Shown: positions 42,563 to 52,453 of the stretch, piece by piece
Numbering within the stretch: position 1 is the stretch's first letter
Layout of the letters: each line of letters begins with the position of its first letter
DNA from: an uncultured Chthonomonadaceae bacterium
Lineage (GTDB): Bacteria > Armatimonadota > Chthonomonadetes > Chthonomonadales > Chthonomonadaceae
Assembly (NCBI GenBank): GCA_963835065.1
Contig: CAWIEK010000041.1
Location: forward strand, 146,321-210,320
Direction of reading: 5' to 3'
DNA length: 64,000 bases
Translations under genes and position numbers: made by a program
Notes under the pieces: model-generated
Database searches by the model: none
The model's input: only the letters and a program-made list of their open reading frames with translations
Told to the model about the DNA's origin: nothing

Positions 42563-43668
42563 TTGTTTTCCCCTACATGTACTAAAGCCGCAGCGGGGTT
42601 CGCTCGGCGGGTGTCGCGGACTTCCAGGCCAATGCGGGTTTGCAGGGCGTTGTAGTTGTTGTAGTTGCGGCGCGAAGCGGGGTCGTAAAAGGCGGGGCGA
42701 GTGAGGACAACCAGCAGGAACCGCTCGAAGCTGTCAATCTCGTCAATGAAGCGGCGAAGCAGGGCCAGCATCTGCATGTAGGCCGCGTCGCTGTACGTCA
42801 CGGTCGGTTCCTGTCCGACTTCCGCCCGCAATGCCGCCAGTTCCTGCGCGGTTGCGCCGCGCGCCAGCGCCTCGTCTATACGGCGTAATTGCTCGGCCAA
42901 TCGCTGAGTGGTCGGGATTTTCTTGTGTTCGTAGGGGCGAAAGTCCAGCGTCACGACAAGCCCGTTGTGCCCGGTGCGCGGCAGCCAGCGACAGAAGGAA
43001 ACCAGCATGGAACGCGCGTTCGCCAGGCTGATACGCTCATAAATCTGTACCCGCTTGAGCGCGTTGGCCGCGCCGGGCATGGTTTTGCCCGCAAACCATT
43101 TGAGCAGCACTTCTTCCGTTGTCGGCGAAACCGCGTCAGGCACAAGCTGCGCCCGTCCCAATGCCGTAACCGCCGTACGAAATTCCAGCGACATGGCGTG
43201 GTCGCGCAGTTGCGTGGTGGCGAATTCGCGTTGGTACTGGTTCAGCAAATCCTGCGAATTGCGGTCGTTGTCCTGCGCGATGCCATCCAGGTCGTCGAGT
43301 TGCCGATGGGCGGCAACATAGATACCGCGCTCTTCCAGATACCGCCGCGCCTGCTCCCGCGCCCACGCTTTCCAATCTACATTCGATGTAACCTCAAAAA
43401 AGAAGCGGTCAATGCGGTGCAGCTCTTTGCGCTTACCGCCCGCTTCCAGTTTCGCCGGGTCCAAGAGAACGTAATAGTAGTTTTCCTCGCGCGCCCGCTC
43501 CCGCATCCGCTCCTGCACATAGCTCAAATGCGCGTCACTGCCGCTGACCACTTTCACGGACGAGCCGCCGGACTTGATGTAATCCAGCAGGCACTCCTGA
43601 TCCAACGCCCGCAGCAGTTCGTCCGGCGCCACCAGCAGCCGCGCGTTCAGAGCCTCCGTTGTCAGCAT
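42556..43668 (-). CDS. Second BrxD/DUF2791-like protein, Walker A lost
   Basis: GGSSVKVVSG without GKS/T, GHNGLVVTLD, LRRFIDEID, YNALQTRI; SD GGAGG. Confidence 0.7.
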   Translation of the reverse strand: MLTTEALNARLLVAPDELLRALDQECLLDYIKSGGSSVKVVSGSDAHLSYVQERMRERAREENYYYVLLDPAKLEAGGKRKELHRIDRFFFEVTSNVDWKAWAREQARRYLEERGIYVAAHRQLDDLDGIAQDNDRNSQDLLNQYQREFATTQLRDHAMSLEFRTAVTALGRAQLVPDAVSPTTEEVLLKWFAGKTMPGAANALKRVQIYERISLANARSMLVSFCRWLPRTGHNGLVVTLDFRPYEHKKIPTTQRLAEQLRRIDEALARGATAQELAALRAEVGQEPTVTYSDAAYMQMLALLRRFIDEIDSFERFLLVVLTRPAFYDPASRRNYNNYNALQTRIGLEVRDTRRANPAAALVHVGENKG

Positions 43669-43685
43669 GGAAACCTCCAATAAAA

Positions 43686-43779
43686 GTGATGAGTGATGAA
43701 TGATGAGTAAGAAGCCCAGGTTGAACGTATAGCCTCATCTTGTGAGTTGAATTACATTCATCATTCATCATTCATCATT
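43686..43779. repeat. Inverted heptamer arrays (TGATGAR)n / (TTCATCA)n
   Basis: Direct reading. Confidence 0.8.
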
Positions 43780-43784
43780 TGCAC

Positions 43785-44540
43785 TTACAGAAACCGAATG
43801 CCATAGTAGAGTATAGGGCGGCCATCTTCGGAAATCACGCTGAAAAGGTCTCGCTCTTTGACGTTTCCGGCAGGATAAACAATCTCGAATTTACGCCCGG
43901 AGCGGGTCACGCGGAGTTCGGAGCGGTGCATGGCGTAAATGGCCTGCCCGAACGCGGCGGGCGGGTTTTCCTTTTTCCAGCCGGGTGTGAGGCTGAACAG
44001 ATCGTAAACGTCGCGGAATCTTACAAAAGGCTGATCGCCTTTATCCAGGCGTTGGGCAACGGACAAAAGGCTATCGAGAAATTCCTGCGAGTTGGCGGAT
44101 TGCGCCCGGTCACGCAGGCGTTTGAGTTCCGCGGCGACAATTTGCGGGCGGAGGGCGGGCCAGTTCACTTTCCCGATTTGCAGGACGCCCCTGGCCCCGG
44201 ATGCGCGAATGACGACCGGCGAAGAGACCAGCGTTTCCCCTTCTTCCAACACGCGCAGGCCGAATTTGTCCGACGCAGTGGCTTGCAATTCGCGCCGCCA
44301 TTCCTCGCTTTCCAGATAGGTTCGCGCATCAAATGTCCAATTTTGCGCGGCGGCCTGCGTGGGTGCGGTCAGCGAGGGAGCCAGTTCGCCCGCCTGTGTC
44401 ATCGCCTTTTGCATATTGCCGACATGCCCGATTTGACAGGCTTTTTTCCACGTTTTCAGCGTCCCGACATACCGATTGGCGGCTTTGAGCAGGTCATCTA
44501 CCTGCGCTTCCTGCGCCCGCAATTCTTCTTCCAGCGTCAC
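43785..44540 (-). CDS. Hypothetical 251-aa protein, first gene of the ATPase cluster
   Basis: SD AGGAG + GTG; helical N-terminus, possible wHTH-like C-terminus. Confidence 0.8.
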   Translation of the reverse strand: MTLEEELRAQEAQVDDLLKAANRYVGTLKTWKKACQIGHVGNMQKAMTQAGELAPSLTAPTQAAAQNWTFDARTYLESEEWRRELQATASDKFGLRVLEEGETLVSSPVVIRASGARGVLQIGKVNWPALRPQIVAAELKRLRDRAQSANSQEFLDSLLSVAQRLDKGDQPFVRFRDVYDLFSLTPGWKKENPPAAFGQAIYAMHRSELRVTRSGRKFEIVYPAGNVKERDLFSVISEDGRPILYYGIRFL

Positions 44541-44556
44541 TCACATTCTCCTCTCA

Positions 44557-45846
44557 TTATCGCTTATCGCTTTCTACTGCTGCACGATGTTCACCGTTCC
44601 GCGAGGGTTTTCCTGCTCCTGTTGAAAAAATTACCAGTGAAAGCGCGAGCAAGCCAAGCCCGACTGCGCATACGCCGTGCCAGCCAAAGCGATGCCAGGC
44701 TTGCGCGCCGAGAGACGTGCCGACAACGCCGCCTATGAAGTACGACACCATGTAAACGGTGTTCAGGCGGCTGCGGGCTTCGGGAAGCAGGGCGTAAATG
44801 CGCGTCTGGTTGGAAACATGCGCGGATTGGACACCGAAGTCCATGACAATCACGCCCACAATCAATCCCCATAGTTGATAGCCGAACAGCCAGAACAGGC
44901 CATAACTTGCCAGCGTCAGCCATAAGGCGATTGCCAACGTCAGGCGCGGGCTGCGGCGGTCCGCAATGCGTCCCATCAGGGGCGCAGCCGCCGCGCCGAC
45001 CACGCCCACCAATCCGAACAAGCCCGCTCCCTCGCCCGCATGGGCATAATGGTACGGCGCACCCTCCAGCAGAAACACCAGCGAATTCCAAAACGCGCTG
45101 AACGCGCCGAACGACAGCGCGCCGATTAAAGCGGCTTCGCGCAAAACAGGCTGTTCGCGGATGAGAACAAGGAGTGAGCCGAATATCTGCGGGTACGTCA
45201 TTTGCGCTGAAGGAAGGGAGCGGGGCAGCGCGCGCCACAAAATCAATGCCAGCGCGATCATAAACCCGCTTGCGAGGCCGTACATCGCGCGCCAGCCAAA
45301 TTGGTCGCCGATATGCCCGCTAACCGTTCGCGCCAGCAAAATGCCGATCAGCAGGCCACCCAACACGCTGCCCACTGCCCGCCCGCGCTCTTCGGGACGC
45401 GCCAACTGCGCGGCGAACGGCAATATCAGGTGCGGAACCACGCTCACCAGCCCAATCACCAGACTGGCCGCCACCATCCACCCCAAACTGGGCGCAACCG
45501 ATGCCACGCCCAATGCCAGTGTCGCCAGCGTCAGCAGGCGCAAAATCAGCCGCTTGCGTTCCCAAATGTCGCCCATCGGCACGAACAGCAGCATACCTAC
45601 CGCGCAGCCTGCCTGCGTCAGCACGGGAATAGACGATACCTGCGGCGTTGTTATGCGAAAATCGCGCTGCATCTGCGCAAGGAGCGGCTGACAGTAGTAC
45701 ATATTCGCCACGCTCAGGCCGCACGTAAACGCCATCAGCCGTATCAGGCCGTTCGTAAGCGGCGCGTGTGTCGCTGCCGCCGTCTCCTGAGATGAGGGAG
45801 TAGATTCAGAATTTTGTTCCAATGCAGGTTCCGTTATAGATTCCAA
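44557..45846 (-). CDS. MFS transporter
   Basis: About 12 TM, ANMYYCQPLL, MGDIWERKRL, GRIADRRSPR. Confidence 0.92.
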   Translation of the reverse strand: MESITEPALEQNSESTPSSQETAAATHAPLTNGLIRLMAFTCGLSVANMYYCQPLLAQMQRDFRITTPQVSSIPVLTQAGCAVGMLLFVPMGDIWERKRLILRLLTLATLALGVASVAPSLGWMVAASLVIGLVSVVPHLILPFAAQLARPEERGRAVGSVLGGLLIGILLARTVSGHIGDQFGWRAMYGLASGFMIALALILWRALPRSLPSAQMTYPQIFGSLLVLIREQPVLREAALIGALSFGAFSAFWNSLVFLLEGAPYHYAHAGEGAGLFGLVGVVGAAAAPLMGRIADRRSPRLTLAIALWLTLASYGLFWLFGYQLWGLIVGVIVMDFGVQSAHVSNQTRIYALLPEARSRLNTVYMVSYFIGGVVGTSLGAQAWHRFGWHGVCAVGLGLLALSLVIFSTGAGKPSRNGEHRAAVESDKR

Positions 45847-46100
45847 TGTAGGTTTCTCTGTTGTTTCAAATTAATTTGAAGTTGATTTCAACCGGCGCGT
45901 TATTTTCTGTACGCTTGCTTTATCGCGCTTCAACCATTTGCGTTCCTGAACGTACACTGTTGATATACGACGCAGCGGCGACAAAAAGCCAGGAACGGCA
46001 ACGAAAGCCAGGAACGGCAGAAACAAAATTGTCGCGCCCACAACCAAAATTTAACAAGAAATTCTAAAACAGGGGCAACTTTGCCCGCAACTCAGACGTT

Positions 46101-46121
46101 ATGTAACCAGAGCAGTTACAT
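46101..46121. promoter_or_regulatory. Putative Rrf2 operator ATGTAAC-N7-GTTACAT
   Basis: Palindrome just before the rrf2-like gene, repeated at 46620. Confidence 0.8.
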
Positions 46122-46136
46122 TTAGGACACCGAAGT

Positions 46137-46595
46137 ATGAGCGTCAACAGCCGTTTCGCCGTAGCGATCCATATCCTGACCATGCTGGCGCATCCGCAGC
46201 CGGAACTGCTGACTTCCGCCTTCATCGCATGCAGCGTCACCACCAATCCGGTCGTGATTCGCCGCGTCTTAGGCGATTTGCGCCGAGCAGGGTTAGTGAC
46301 CTCGCAGGCGGGCAGTGGCGGCGGCTGGAAACTATTGCGCAAGCCGGAGCAGATCACGCTTCTGGACGCTTATAAAGCCGTCGAGGAAGGGCCGCTGTTT
46401 GCGCTCCACGCGCAGCAGCCCAACCCGCACTGCGACATCGGCAGAACCATTCAGCAGGCGCTGACCGACTTCTTTTCCGAAGCCGAAACTGCCCTGGAGG
46501 AGCGGCTGGCGCAAAGCACGATAGCGGATGTTCTGGAGCGTATGAAGGCGCAGAATTGCCGCCTGTCCGCAAGCGAAGGGCAAATGCAGTCCTGA
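46137..46595 (+). CDS. Rrf2 family transcriptional regulator (YwnA-like)
   Basis: SRFAVAIHIL, TNPVVIRRVL, GSGGG, ITLLD, PNPHCDIG. Confidence 0.93.
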   Translation: MSVNSRFAVAIHILTMLAHPQPELLTSAFIACSVTTNPVVIRRVLGDLRRAGLVTSQAGSGGGWKLLRKPEQITLLDAYKAVEEGPLFALHAQQPNPHCDIGRTIQQALTDFFSEAETALEERLAQSTIADVLERMKAQNCRLSASEGQMQS

Positions 46596-46619
46596 ACCCA
46601 CGCTTGCATTTGTCCTTAA

Positions 46620-46640
46620 ATGTAACCGATGCAGTTACAT
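46620..46640. promoter_or_regulatory. Second ATGTAAC-N7-GTTACAT operator
   Basis: Upstream of the SDR gene. Confidence 0.8.
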
Positions 46641-46713
46641 ACAGCCTGTAAAGAACGCAGGCGAAGTTTGCAAAGAGCGTGAGTTTACAATCACGTTTAT
46701 AAGGAGCCTTACA

Positions 46714-47430
46714 ATGGCAGCAGCAACAAACAAAGTGGCCCTGATTACGGGCGCGAACAAGGGCATCGGGCTGGAAATCGCCCGGCAGTTGGGCAAGCAG
46801 GGCATTACGGTGGTGATTGGGGCGCGCGATCCGCAGAAGGGCGCGGAGGCCGTTGCCAAACTGAAGGACGAAGGAATCGACGCCCACGCCGTCAAACTGG
46901 AAGTGTCGAATGAGGCCGACATTGCCGCCCTGCCCGACTGGTTCGCGCAGAACACGGGCCGACTCGATATTCTGGTCAACAACGCGGGCGTGTTTCCCGA
47001 CCTGCAAGGGGTTACGGCGCAAGGCTTTCGAGACGGGTATGAAACCAACGTCATCGCGCCATACTTCCTGACGCAAACGCTTCTGCCGCTTCTCAAAGCG
47101 GCGCCCGCAGGCCGCATCGTCAACCACAGCAGCATTCTCGGCTCGCTCACCTTCAACGGTTCCGGCCAGCTTCCCAACGAATGGCTGGCCCCGATTTACA
47201 ATTCCAGCAAGGCCGCGCTCAACATGCTGACGGTGATTCAGGCCGCGCTATTGAAAGACACGCCGATTAAAGTGAACGCCGCCCACCCCGGGTCCGTCAA
47301 AACCGACATGAACGTACAGGGCGATTTAACGGTGGAGCAGGGCGCGCAAACCGCCGTCCGCCTCGCCACGTTGCCTGACGATGGACCGACAGGTGGCTTC
47401 TTCCATTTCAACGAAACGCTGCCCTGGTAA
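46714..47430 (+). CDS. SDR family oxidoreductase
   Basis: TGANKGIG, NNAG, YNSSK. Confidence 0.95.
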   Translation: MAAATNKVALITGANKGIGLEIARQLGKQGITVVIGARDPQKGAEAVAKLKDEGIDAHAVKLEVSNEADIAALPDWFAQNTGRLDILVNNAGVFPDLQGVTAQGFRDGYETNVIAPYFLTQTLLPLLKAAPAGRIVNHSSILGSLTFNGSGQLPNEWLAPIYNSSKAALNMLTVIQAALLKDTPIKVNAAHPGSVKTDMNVQGDLTVEQGAQTAVRLATLPDDGPTGGFFHFNETLPW

Positions 47431-47441
47431 AAACAGTAATT

Positions 47442-47745
47442 CACCACCCGCTACGCTAGAGGCACAGAGACACAGAGGGGTCACAGAGAAATTCCAGAGG
47501 GAAGAACCGCGAAATACACGAACCAAGACGAAAAATGGAAAACAAAAAACAAAAAGAACCGCAAAGAGGCAAAGGGAGCAAAGAAGAGCAGCCCGCTTAC
47601 AAGGTTCTTTCAATGTTTTTCTCTTGTCTTTCGTATTCTTTTTCGTTTATTTCGTGTGTTTCGCGGTTCCCTGTCCTCTTCTCCTTTTCTTTCCTGTTCT
47701 CTGTGACCCCTCTGTGTCTCTGTGCCTCTAGCGTAGCGGGTGGTG
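47442..47745. repeat. Nested long-hairpin element, 49-bp perfect outer arms
   Basis: Outer arms related to 21608; inner arms GAACCGCGAAATACACGAA / TTCGTGTGTTTCGCGGTTC. Confidence 0.9.
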
Positions 47746-47760
47746 CAAAAGGAGCATACA

Positions 47761-48717
47761 ATGAGCGCAAATCAAGCGGTGGTAGTGGACCCGAATGTGG
47801 CGGGCAAACTGGCGATTAAGGATGTGGACGCGCCGACTGCGGCAAGCGGCGAGGCGGTTGTGCAGGTGGAAGCCGTGTCGCTGAACCGGGGCGAAGTGCG
47901 GATGTCCATGAACGCGCCCGCGGGCCGGCGTCCGGGGTGGGATATGGCGGGAACCGTTGTGCAGGTCGCGCAGGACGGGAGCGGACCAAAGGCGGGAACG
48001 CGGGTTGTCGGGCTGTTGCGTTCGGGGGCGTGGGCGCGGCAGATTGCGGTTCCCACCGATCAGATTGCCCCGATTCCCGATAATGTGACATTTGCGCAGG
48101 CGGCTACGATTCCGGTTGCCGGATTGACCGCGCTGCATGGACTATGGAAGGGTGGCTTTCTGCTGGAACGCGCCGTGCTGATTACAGGCGCGACAGGCGG
48201 CGTGGGCGATTACGCCATCCAACTGGCAAAACTGGTCGGGGCAAAAGTGGTGGCGCACGTTCGGCGCGACGATCAGGTGGCAGCCATCAAGCAGATCGGC
48301 GCGGACGCCGTGCTGGTGGGCGACGCGCTAAAAGGCGACAACGCCAAGCCGTTCGGCGATTATGCCCTGATGCTGGACGCAGTGGGCGGCGACACGCTGG
48401 GCGCATTGCTCGGACTGGTGGAAGAGGGCACGAAAATTGTCACGTTCGGCACGTCGGCAGGCAACGACGTGACCTTCAACGCGCAGACGTTTTACAACAA
48501 GGGCATGACCACGCTGTACGGCATGATCCTGTTTGACGAACTCAAAACCGTCGAGTCCGCCGACAAGGGACTGGCGCGTATCGCCAAATTGATCGGGGAA
48601 GGCAAAATCAAGCCGCAAATCAGCGTGGAAGCCGATTGGACGCAAATCGCGGATGTGGCGCAGCAGTTGCTTAACCGCAGTTACGCGGGCAAGGCCGTGC
48701 TGAACATCAAGGATTAG
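47761..48717 (+). CDS. MDR family (quinone oxidoreductase-like) dehydrogenase
   Basis: AVSLNRGE, PGWDMAG, TGATGGVG, GKAVL. Confidence 0.92.
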   Translation: MSANQAVVVDPNVAGKLAIKDVDAPTAASGEAVVQVEAVSLNRGEVRMSMNAPAGRRPGWDMAGTVVQVAQDGSGPKAGTRVVGLLRSGAWARQIAVPTDQIAPIPDNVTFAQAATIPVAGLTALHGLWKGGFLLERAVLITGATGGVGDYAIQLAKLVGAKVVAHVRRDDQVAAIKQIGADAVLVGDALKGDNAKPFGDYALMLDAVGGDTLGALLGLVEEGTKIVTFGTSAGNDVTFNAQTFYNKGMTTLYGMILFDELKTVESADKGLARIAKLIGEGKIKPQISVEADWTQIADVAQQLLNRSYAGKAVLNIKD

Positions 48718-48856
48718 CGCCGAAGCCGTTACAGTAATTTTCACGGCATTATTTTAATGTCAAGTCTAAGCGGCAGAACACTGCAAGTTCATAGTTCCTG
48801 CATCACTATCAACTACGAACTATCAGCTATCAACTGCTTAGTGTCAGGAGCAAACA

Positions 48857-49690
48857 ATGAGCAAGGTATGGTTTATCACCGGAACCTCTACCGGATTCGG
48901 GCGGGAATTGGCTGAGGCCGCGCTGCAGGCAGGCAATCAAGTGGTGGCGACGGCTCGCAAGCCGGAAGTTTTATCCGACCTGACGCAGAAATACGGCGAC
49001 AAGGTATTGGCCGTCGCGCTGGATGTGACCAAGCCGGACACGATTGCCGCCGCTGTGGAAGCGGCAAAAGCAAAATTCGGGCGCATTGACGTGCTGGTGA
49101 ACAACGCGGGGTATGCCGTGGTCGGCGGCTTTGAGGAGATTACGGACGCGCAGTTCCGCGATCAATACGAAACCAACGTATTCGGCGTTGTGAACGTTCT
49201 GCGGGCCGCGTTGCCGACCCTGCGGGCGCAGAAATCGGGCTACGTGCTGAACGTCTCTTCAGTTGTCGGTCTGACCGCGCCGCCTGCTTTGAGCGCGTAT
49301 GCGTCCAGCAAATTCGCGCTGGAAGGCATTTCCGAAGCGCTGGCGGCGGAACTGAAGCCGATGGGTATTCATGTCATCCTTGTCGAACCCGGCTCGTTCC
49401 GCACGGCTTTCGGCGTAACCGGCGTTCCAAAAGGCGACAATCCAATCCCTGAATATGCCGCAAGCACCAACGGAATACTGGCCTGGCTGGAAGGCAGTAT
49501 CGGACAGCAGCCTGGCGATCCAAAAAAGGCGGCGCAGGCTATGCTCGACATTGCCGACAATCCCGACCCACCCCTGCGCCTCCTGCTTGGCAGCGACGCG
49601 CTGCAAATGCTGCGCCAAAAACTCGACAGTCTGGAGGCCAACATCAGCGCCTGGACAAAAGTAACAACCTCAACGGACTACGCCGCCTGA
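48857..49690 (+). CDS. SDR family oxidoreductase
   Basis: TGTSTGFG, NNAG, YASSK, EPGSFRT. Confidence 0.95.
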   Translation: MSKVWFITGTSTGFGRELAEAALQAGNQVVATARKPEVLSDLTQKYGDKVLAVALDVTKPDTIAAAVEAAKAKFGRIDVLVNNAGYAVVGGFEEITDAQFRDQYETNVFGVVNVLRAALPTLRAQKSGYVLNVSSVVGLTAPPALSAYASSKFALEGISEALAAELKPMGIHVILVEPGSFRTAFGVTGVPKGDNPIPEYAASTNGILAWLEGSIGQQPGDPKKAAQAMLDIADNPDPPLRLLLGSDALQMLRQKLDSLEANISAWTKVTTSTDYAA

Positions 49691-49723
49691 CCAAAAGAAC
49701 ACCTGACGCAAACCCATGTTACG

Positions 49724-49753
49724 AAAAAACCGGCGCGAACTACTTCGCGCCGG
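49724..49753 (-). terminator. Intrinsic terminator
   Basis: CCGGCGCGAA/TTCGCGCCGG stem with a T-run on the minus strand. Confidence 0.6.
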
Positions 49754-49924
49754 CATGGGACTAACATAAAACCGGCCAAATATGAGAAAAGGTACCAGCC
49801 GGAAACTATACGCGGACTTATGCCGCAATGTCGGCACAAGGCTCTATTTATACTAACGGCGTGTTGAAAATCCAACATGCGCCAAGGGGGGCTTGATGTA
49901 TCAAGCCCCTGCAACACGAACTTT

Positions 49925-51904
49925 TCACGCGCCGACGGGCAGGATGCGGACGCGGCGGTTGGGTTCCACGCCCACGCTTTCCGAGACCAGTTGATACCGC
50001 TCCACAAGCTGGTGCTGCAGTCTGCGCATATAGGAGTTGGCGGGTGACAGGTCGAGGGCTTCGCCGCTCTGCTTCACCACGTCAATGCCTTCCTGCGCTT
50101 CCAGCAGGGCGTCTTCCGCCGTATCAACCGACGATTCCTCTTCCGAAGGGCCGAGCCGGAAGATTTCACGGATGCTGTCATTGATTTGCGCATACGTGTT
50201 GCTTTTCACCATGAACACGGGCAGCCGCTTTTGGGACGCTTCGCGCATTTTGCCCGGTTCGCGCTTGTACGTGGCTTTCAAAGCGACAACCACGTCCGCG
50301 TCGCTTACGTCCCGGGCAATCAGGGCGGGAACCCGCGACTCGGCAATGGCGCGGTCCAGACGGCTGCGCGACACGCCATACGGGAAAATTCGCACGGTCG
50401 CCGGCATCTGCTTTATGGTCGCGCCCGGACTGGCCGTATTGCCGCCGACAGGAGGCACGATGAAGCGGGCAGGCCCGTCTTCCTCGTCTTCCACGTCACG
50501 ACTGCGCGCGGCTGCGGACGCCTGGCCCGATGCGGACGTTATCGGCTTCAGCGTGGGACGAAGCCGGGATTCCACGCGGGGCTGTTCGGGCGGGCCGGCG
50601 ATGCGCGTGATCCGGGGATCGCGCTCCGGGCGTTCGGCAACAGGCGCGCGGTCATTACGGTCATTGCCCTCATTGCGCCCCGGACGCTCGTTCCTGCCGC
50701 GCCGGTTGGGGCCGCTGCCGTAAACGGGATCGTTGTCGGGAACTTCCCGGATGCTGCCGCCTTCATCCGAGCGCTGAATCACCTCAATCTGGCCGTTGTC
50801 GTTGCGAACGCGGATTTCCGGGCGGGGCGGAGCGCCGCGCAACAACCGGTCTACCGTTTTTTCCACGTCCAGATGCACGGCCAGCTTGTCCACTTCCATG
50901 ATTTCGATAATCACATCGAAGGTGGGCGGAGCTTTGCGCTCCAAAACGGTTTTTTGCGTACCCCGGCGCTTGGCCTCGTCGTCGGACAGAGTGACCGCGT
51001 GAATCCCGCCGACCAGATCGGACAGCGTCGGGTTCATCATCAGGTTTTCGAGGCTGTTGCCGTGCGCGGTTCCGACAAGCTGTACGCCGCGTTCCGCGAT
51101 GGTGCGGGCGGCGAACGCTTCCTGTTCGGTTCCGATTTCGTCTATGACAATCACTTCCGGCATGTGGTTTTCCACCGCTTCGATCATGACGTTGTGCTGC
51201 TGTTCGGGCGTGGCGACCTGCATCCGGCGGGCGCGGCCAATGGCGGGGTGCGGAATATCGCCGTCCCCCGCGATTTCATTGCTGGTATCCACGATCACAA
51301 CACGCTTTTTCAATTCTTCGGAAAGAACGCGGGCCACTTCGCGCAGCTTGGTGGTTTTGCCCCGTCCAGGACGACCGAGCATCAGGATGCTTTTGCCGGC
51401 TTCGACAATATCCTGAATGATGTCAATGGTTCCGTACACGGCGCGTCCGATGCGGCAGGTCAGGCCGACGACTTTGCCCTGCCGGTTGCGAATGGCCGAA
51501 ATGCGGTGCAGGGTTCGTTCAATTCCGGCGCGGTTGTCCTTGCCGAACTCGCCCACGCGCCCCACCACAAAATCAATATCCTGCGCCGGAATAACATCGG
51601 TTCCCAATTCAACGACGCGCTCCGGGAAACGCGCTTCGGGGATGCGGCCCAAATCCATGACGATTTCCAGCAGGTCGTCCAGACTGCCGATTTGTTCCAG
51701 TTGCTGGCGAATGGCGGGCGGCAGAACGTCGAGCAGTTGCGCAAGGTTGTCGGTGATGCGGTGCTGCTGCATGGAAAGCGGCTTGCGCTCATCGGCAAGG
51801 GTATCGGCTCCGTAGGGCGTGTTGGCGACGCTGGTATTGCCGTTCGGGCTGTCGCTGACGGGAAAAGGGTTGGCGTAACGAGCGGTAATAGGTAGGTTAG
51901 ACAT
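49925..51904 (-). CDS. Ycf45/SpoIIIAA-like AAA ATPase with C-terminal R3H domain
   Basis: [27 protein letters not shown]; start uncertain. Confidence 0.9.
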   Translation of the reverse strand: MSNLPITARYANPFPVSDSPNGNTSVANTPYGADTLADERKPLSMQQHRITDNLAQLLDVLPPAIRQQLEQIGSLDDLLEIVMDLGRIPEARFPERVVELGTDVIPAQDIDFVVGRVGEFGKDNRAGIERTLHRISAIRNRQGKVVGLTCRIGRAVYGTIDIIQDIVEAGKSILMLGRPGRGKTTKLREVARVLSEELKKRVVIVDTSNEIAGDGDIPHPAIGRARRMQVATPEQQHNVMIEAVENHMPEVIVIDEIGTEQEAFAARTIAERGVQLVGTAHGNSLENLMMNPTLSDLVGGIHAVTLSDDEAKRRGTQKTVLERKAPPTFDVIIEIMEVDKLAVHLDVEKTVDRLLRGAPPRPEIRVRNDNGQIEVIQRSDEGGSIREVPDNDPVYGSGPNRRGRNERPGRNEGNDRNDRAPVAERPERDPRITRIAGPPEQPRVESRLRPTLKPITSASGQASAAARSRDVEDEEDGPARFIVPPVGGNTASPGATIKQMPATVRIFPYGVSRSRLDRAIAESRVPALIARDVSDADVVVALKATYKREPGKMREASQKRLPVFMVKSNTYAQINDSIREIFRLGPSEEESSVDTAEDALLEAQEGIDVVKQSGEALDLSPANSYMRRLQHQLVERYQLVSESVGVEPNRRVRILPVGA

Positions 51905-52380
51905 AAACGGGTGTGTGCCACTCCTTCTTGTCACGAGACGCGAAAGGGAACGGGCCGGGAGAGGGCCTCCAAAGACTGCATCGGCAGCCTTTACAGCCAC
52001 AACCGAACCGCGCCATACAACGCGCTGCGACAAGGATGGCGGGCGGAAGCAGGCCGGTTGTTTGCCGTCGTGCCGTGCTGTTGCGATAGAACTTCCTCAA
52101 AAGCGCTCTATGCAGGCCGCGCCGCAGGTTGATGAAACGCGCGCGGCTTGTGGCGCGGCGCGTATTCTGCGCGTTCTCTCCGTCTTTCTCCAACAGCGTT
52201 TACCCATCCGTAAACGGGAGAAAGCCAACGCGCTTGAAAGGACAGCAGGCCGAAAAACCTGCGTCACTGACGCTACTTATCAAGACCGAATTTTGGCGCG
52301 AAAAGTTTCCATAATGCCTTGATAATTGCTCTATCGTTAGAACTAATCTTGACGGCAAACAACGCTGTGGAAGACAACAG

Positions 52381-52408
52381 TGCAGGGGCACAATGCTGTG
52401 CCCCTGCA
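52381..52408. repeat. REP-like hairpin (GCAG variant; similar at 49888-49912)
   Basis: TGCAGGGGCACA-ATGC-TGTGCCCCTGCA. Confidence 0.55.
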
Positions 52409-52453
52409 AACTCATACTTGGGCGGTATTGATTACGGCAGAGTGAATTTACTC

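Noticed and set aside
37172..44540. Canonical BREX or Shango system
   Set aside because: No pglX, pglZ, brxC, TerB-domain or Lhr-type helicase gene recognised.
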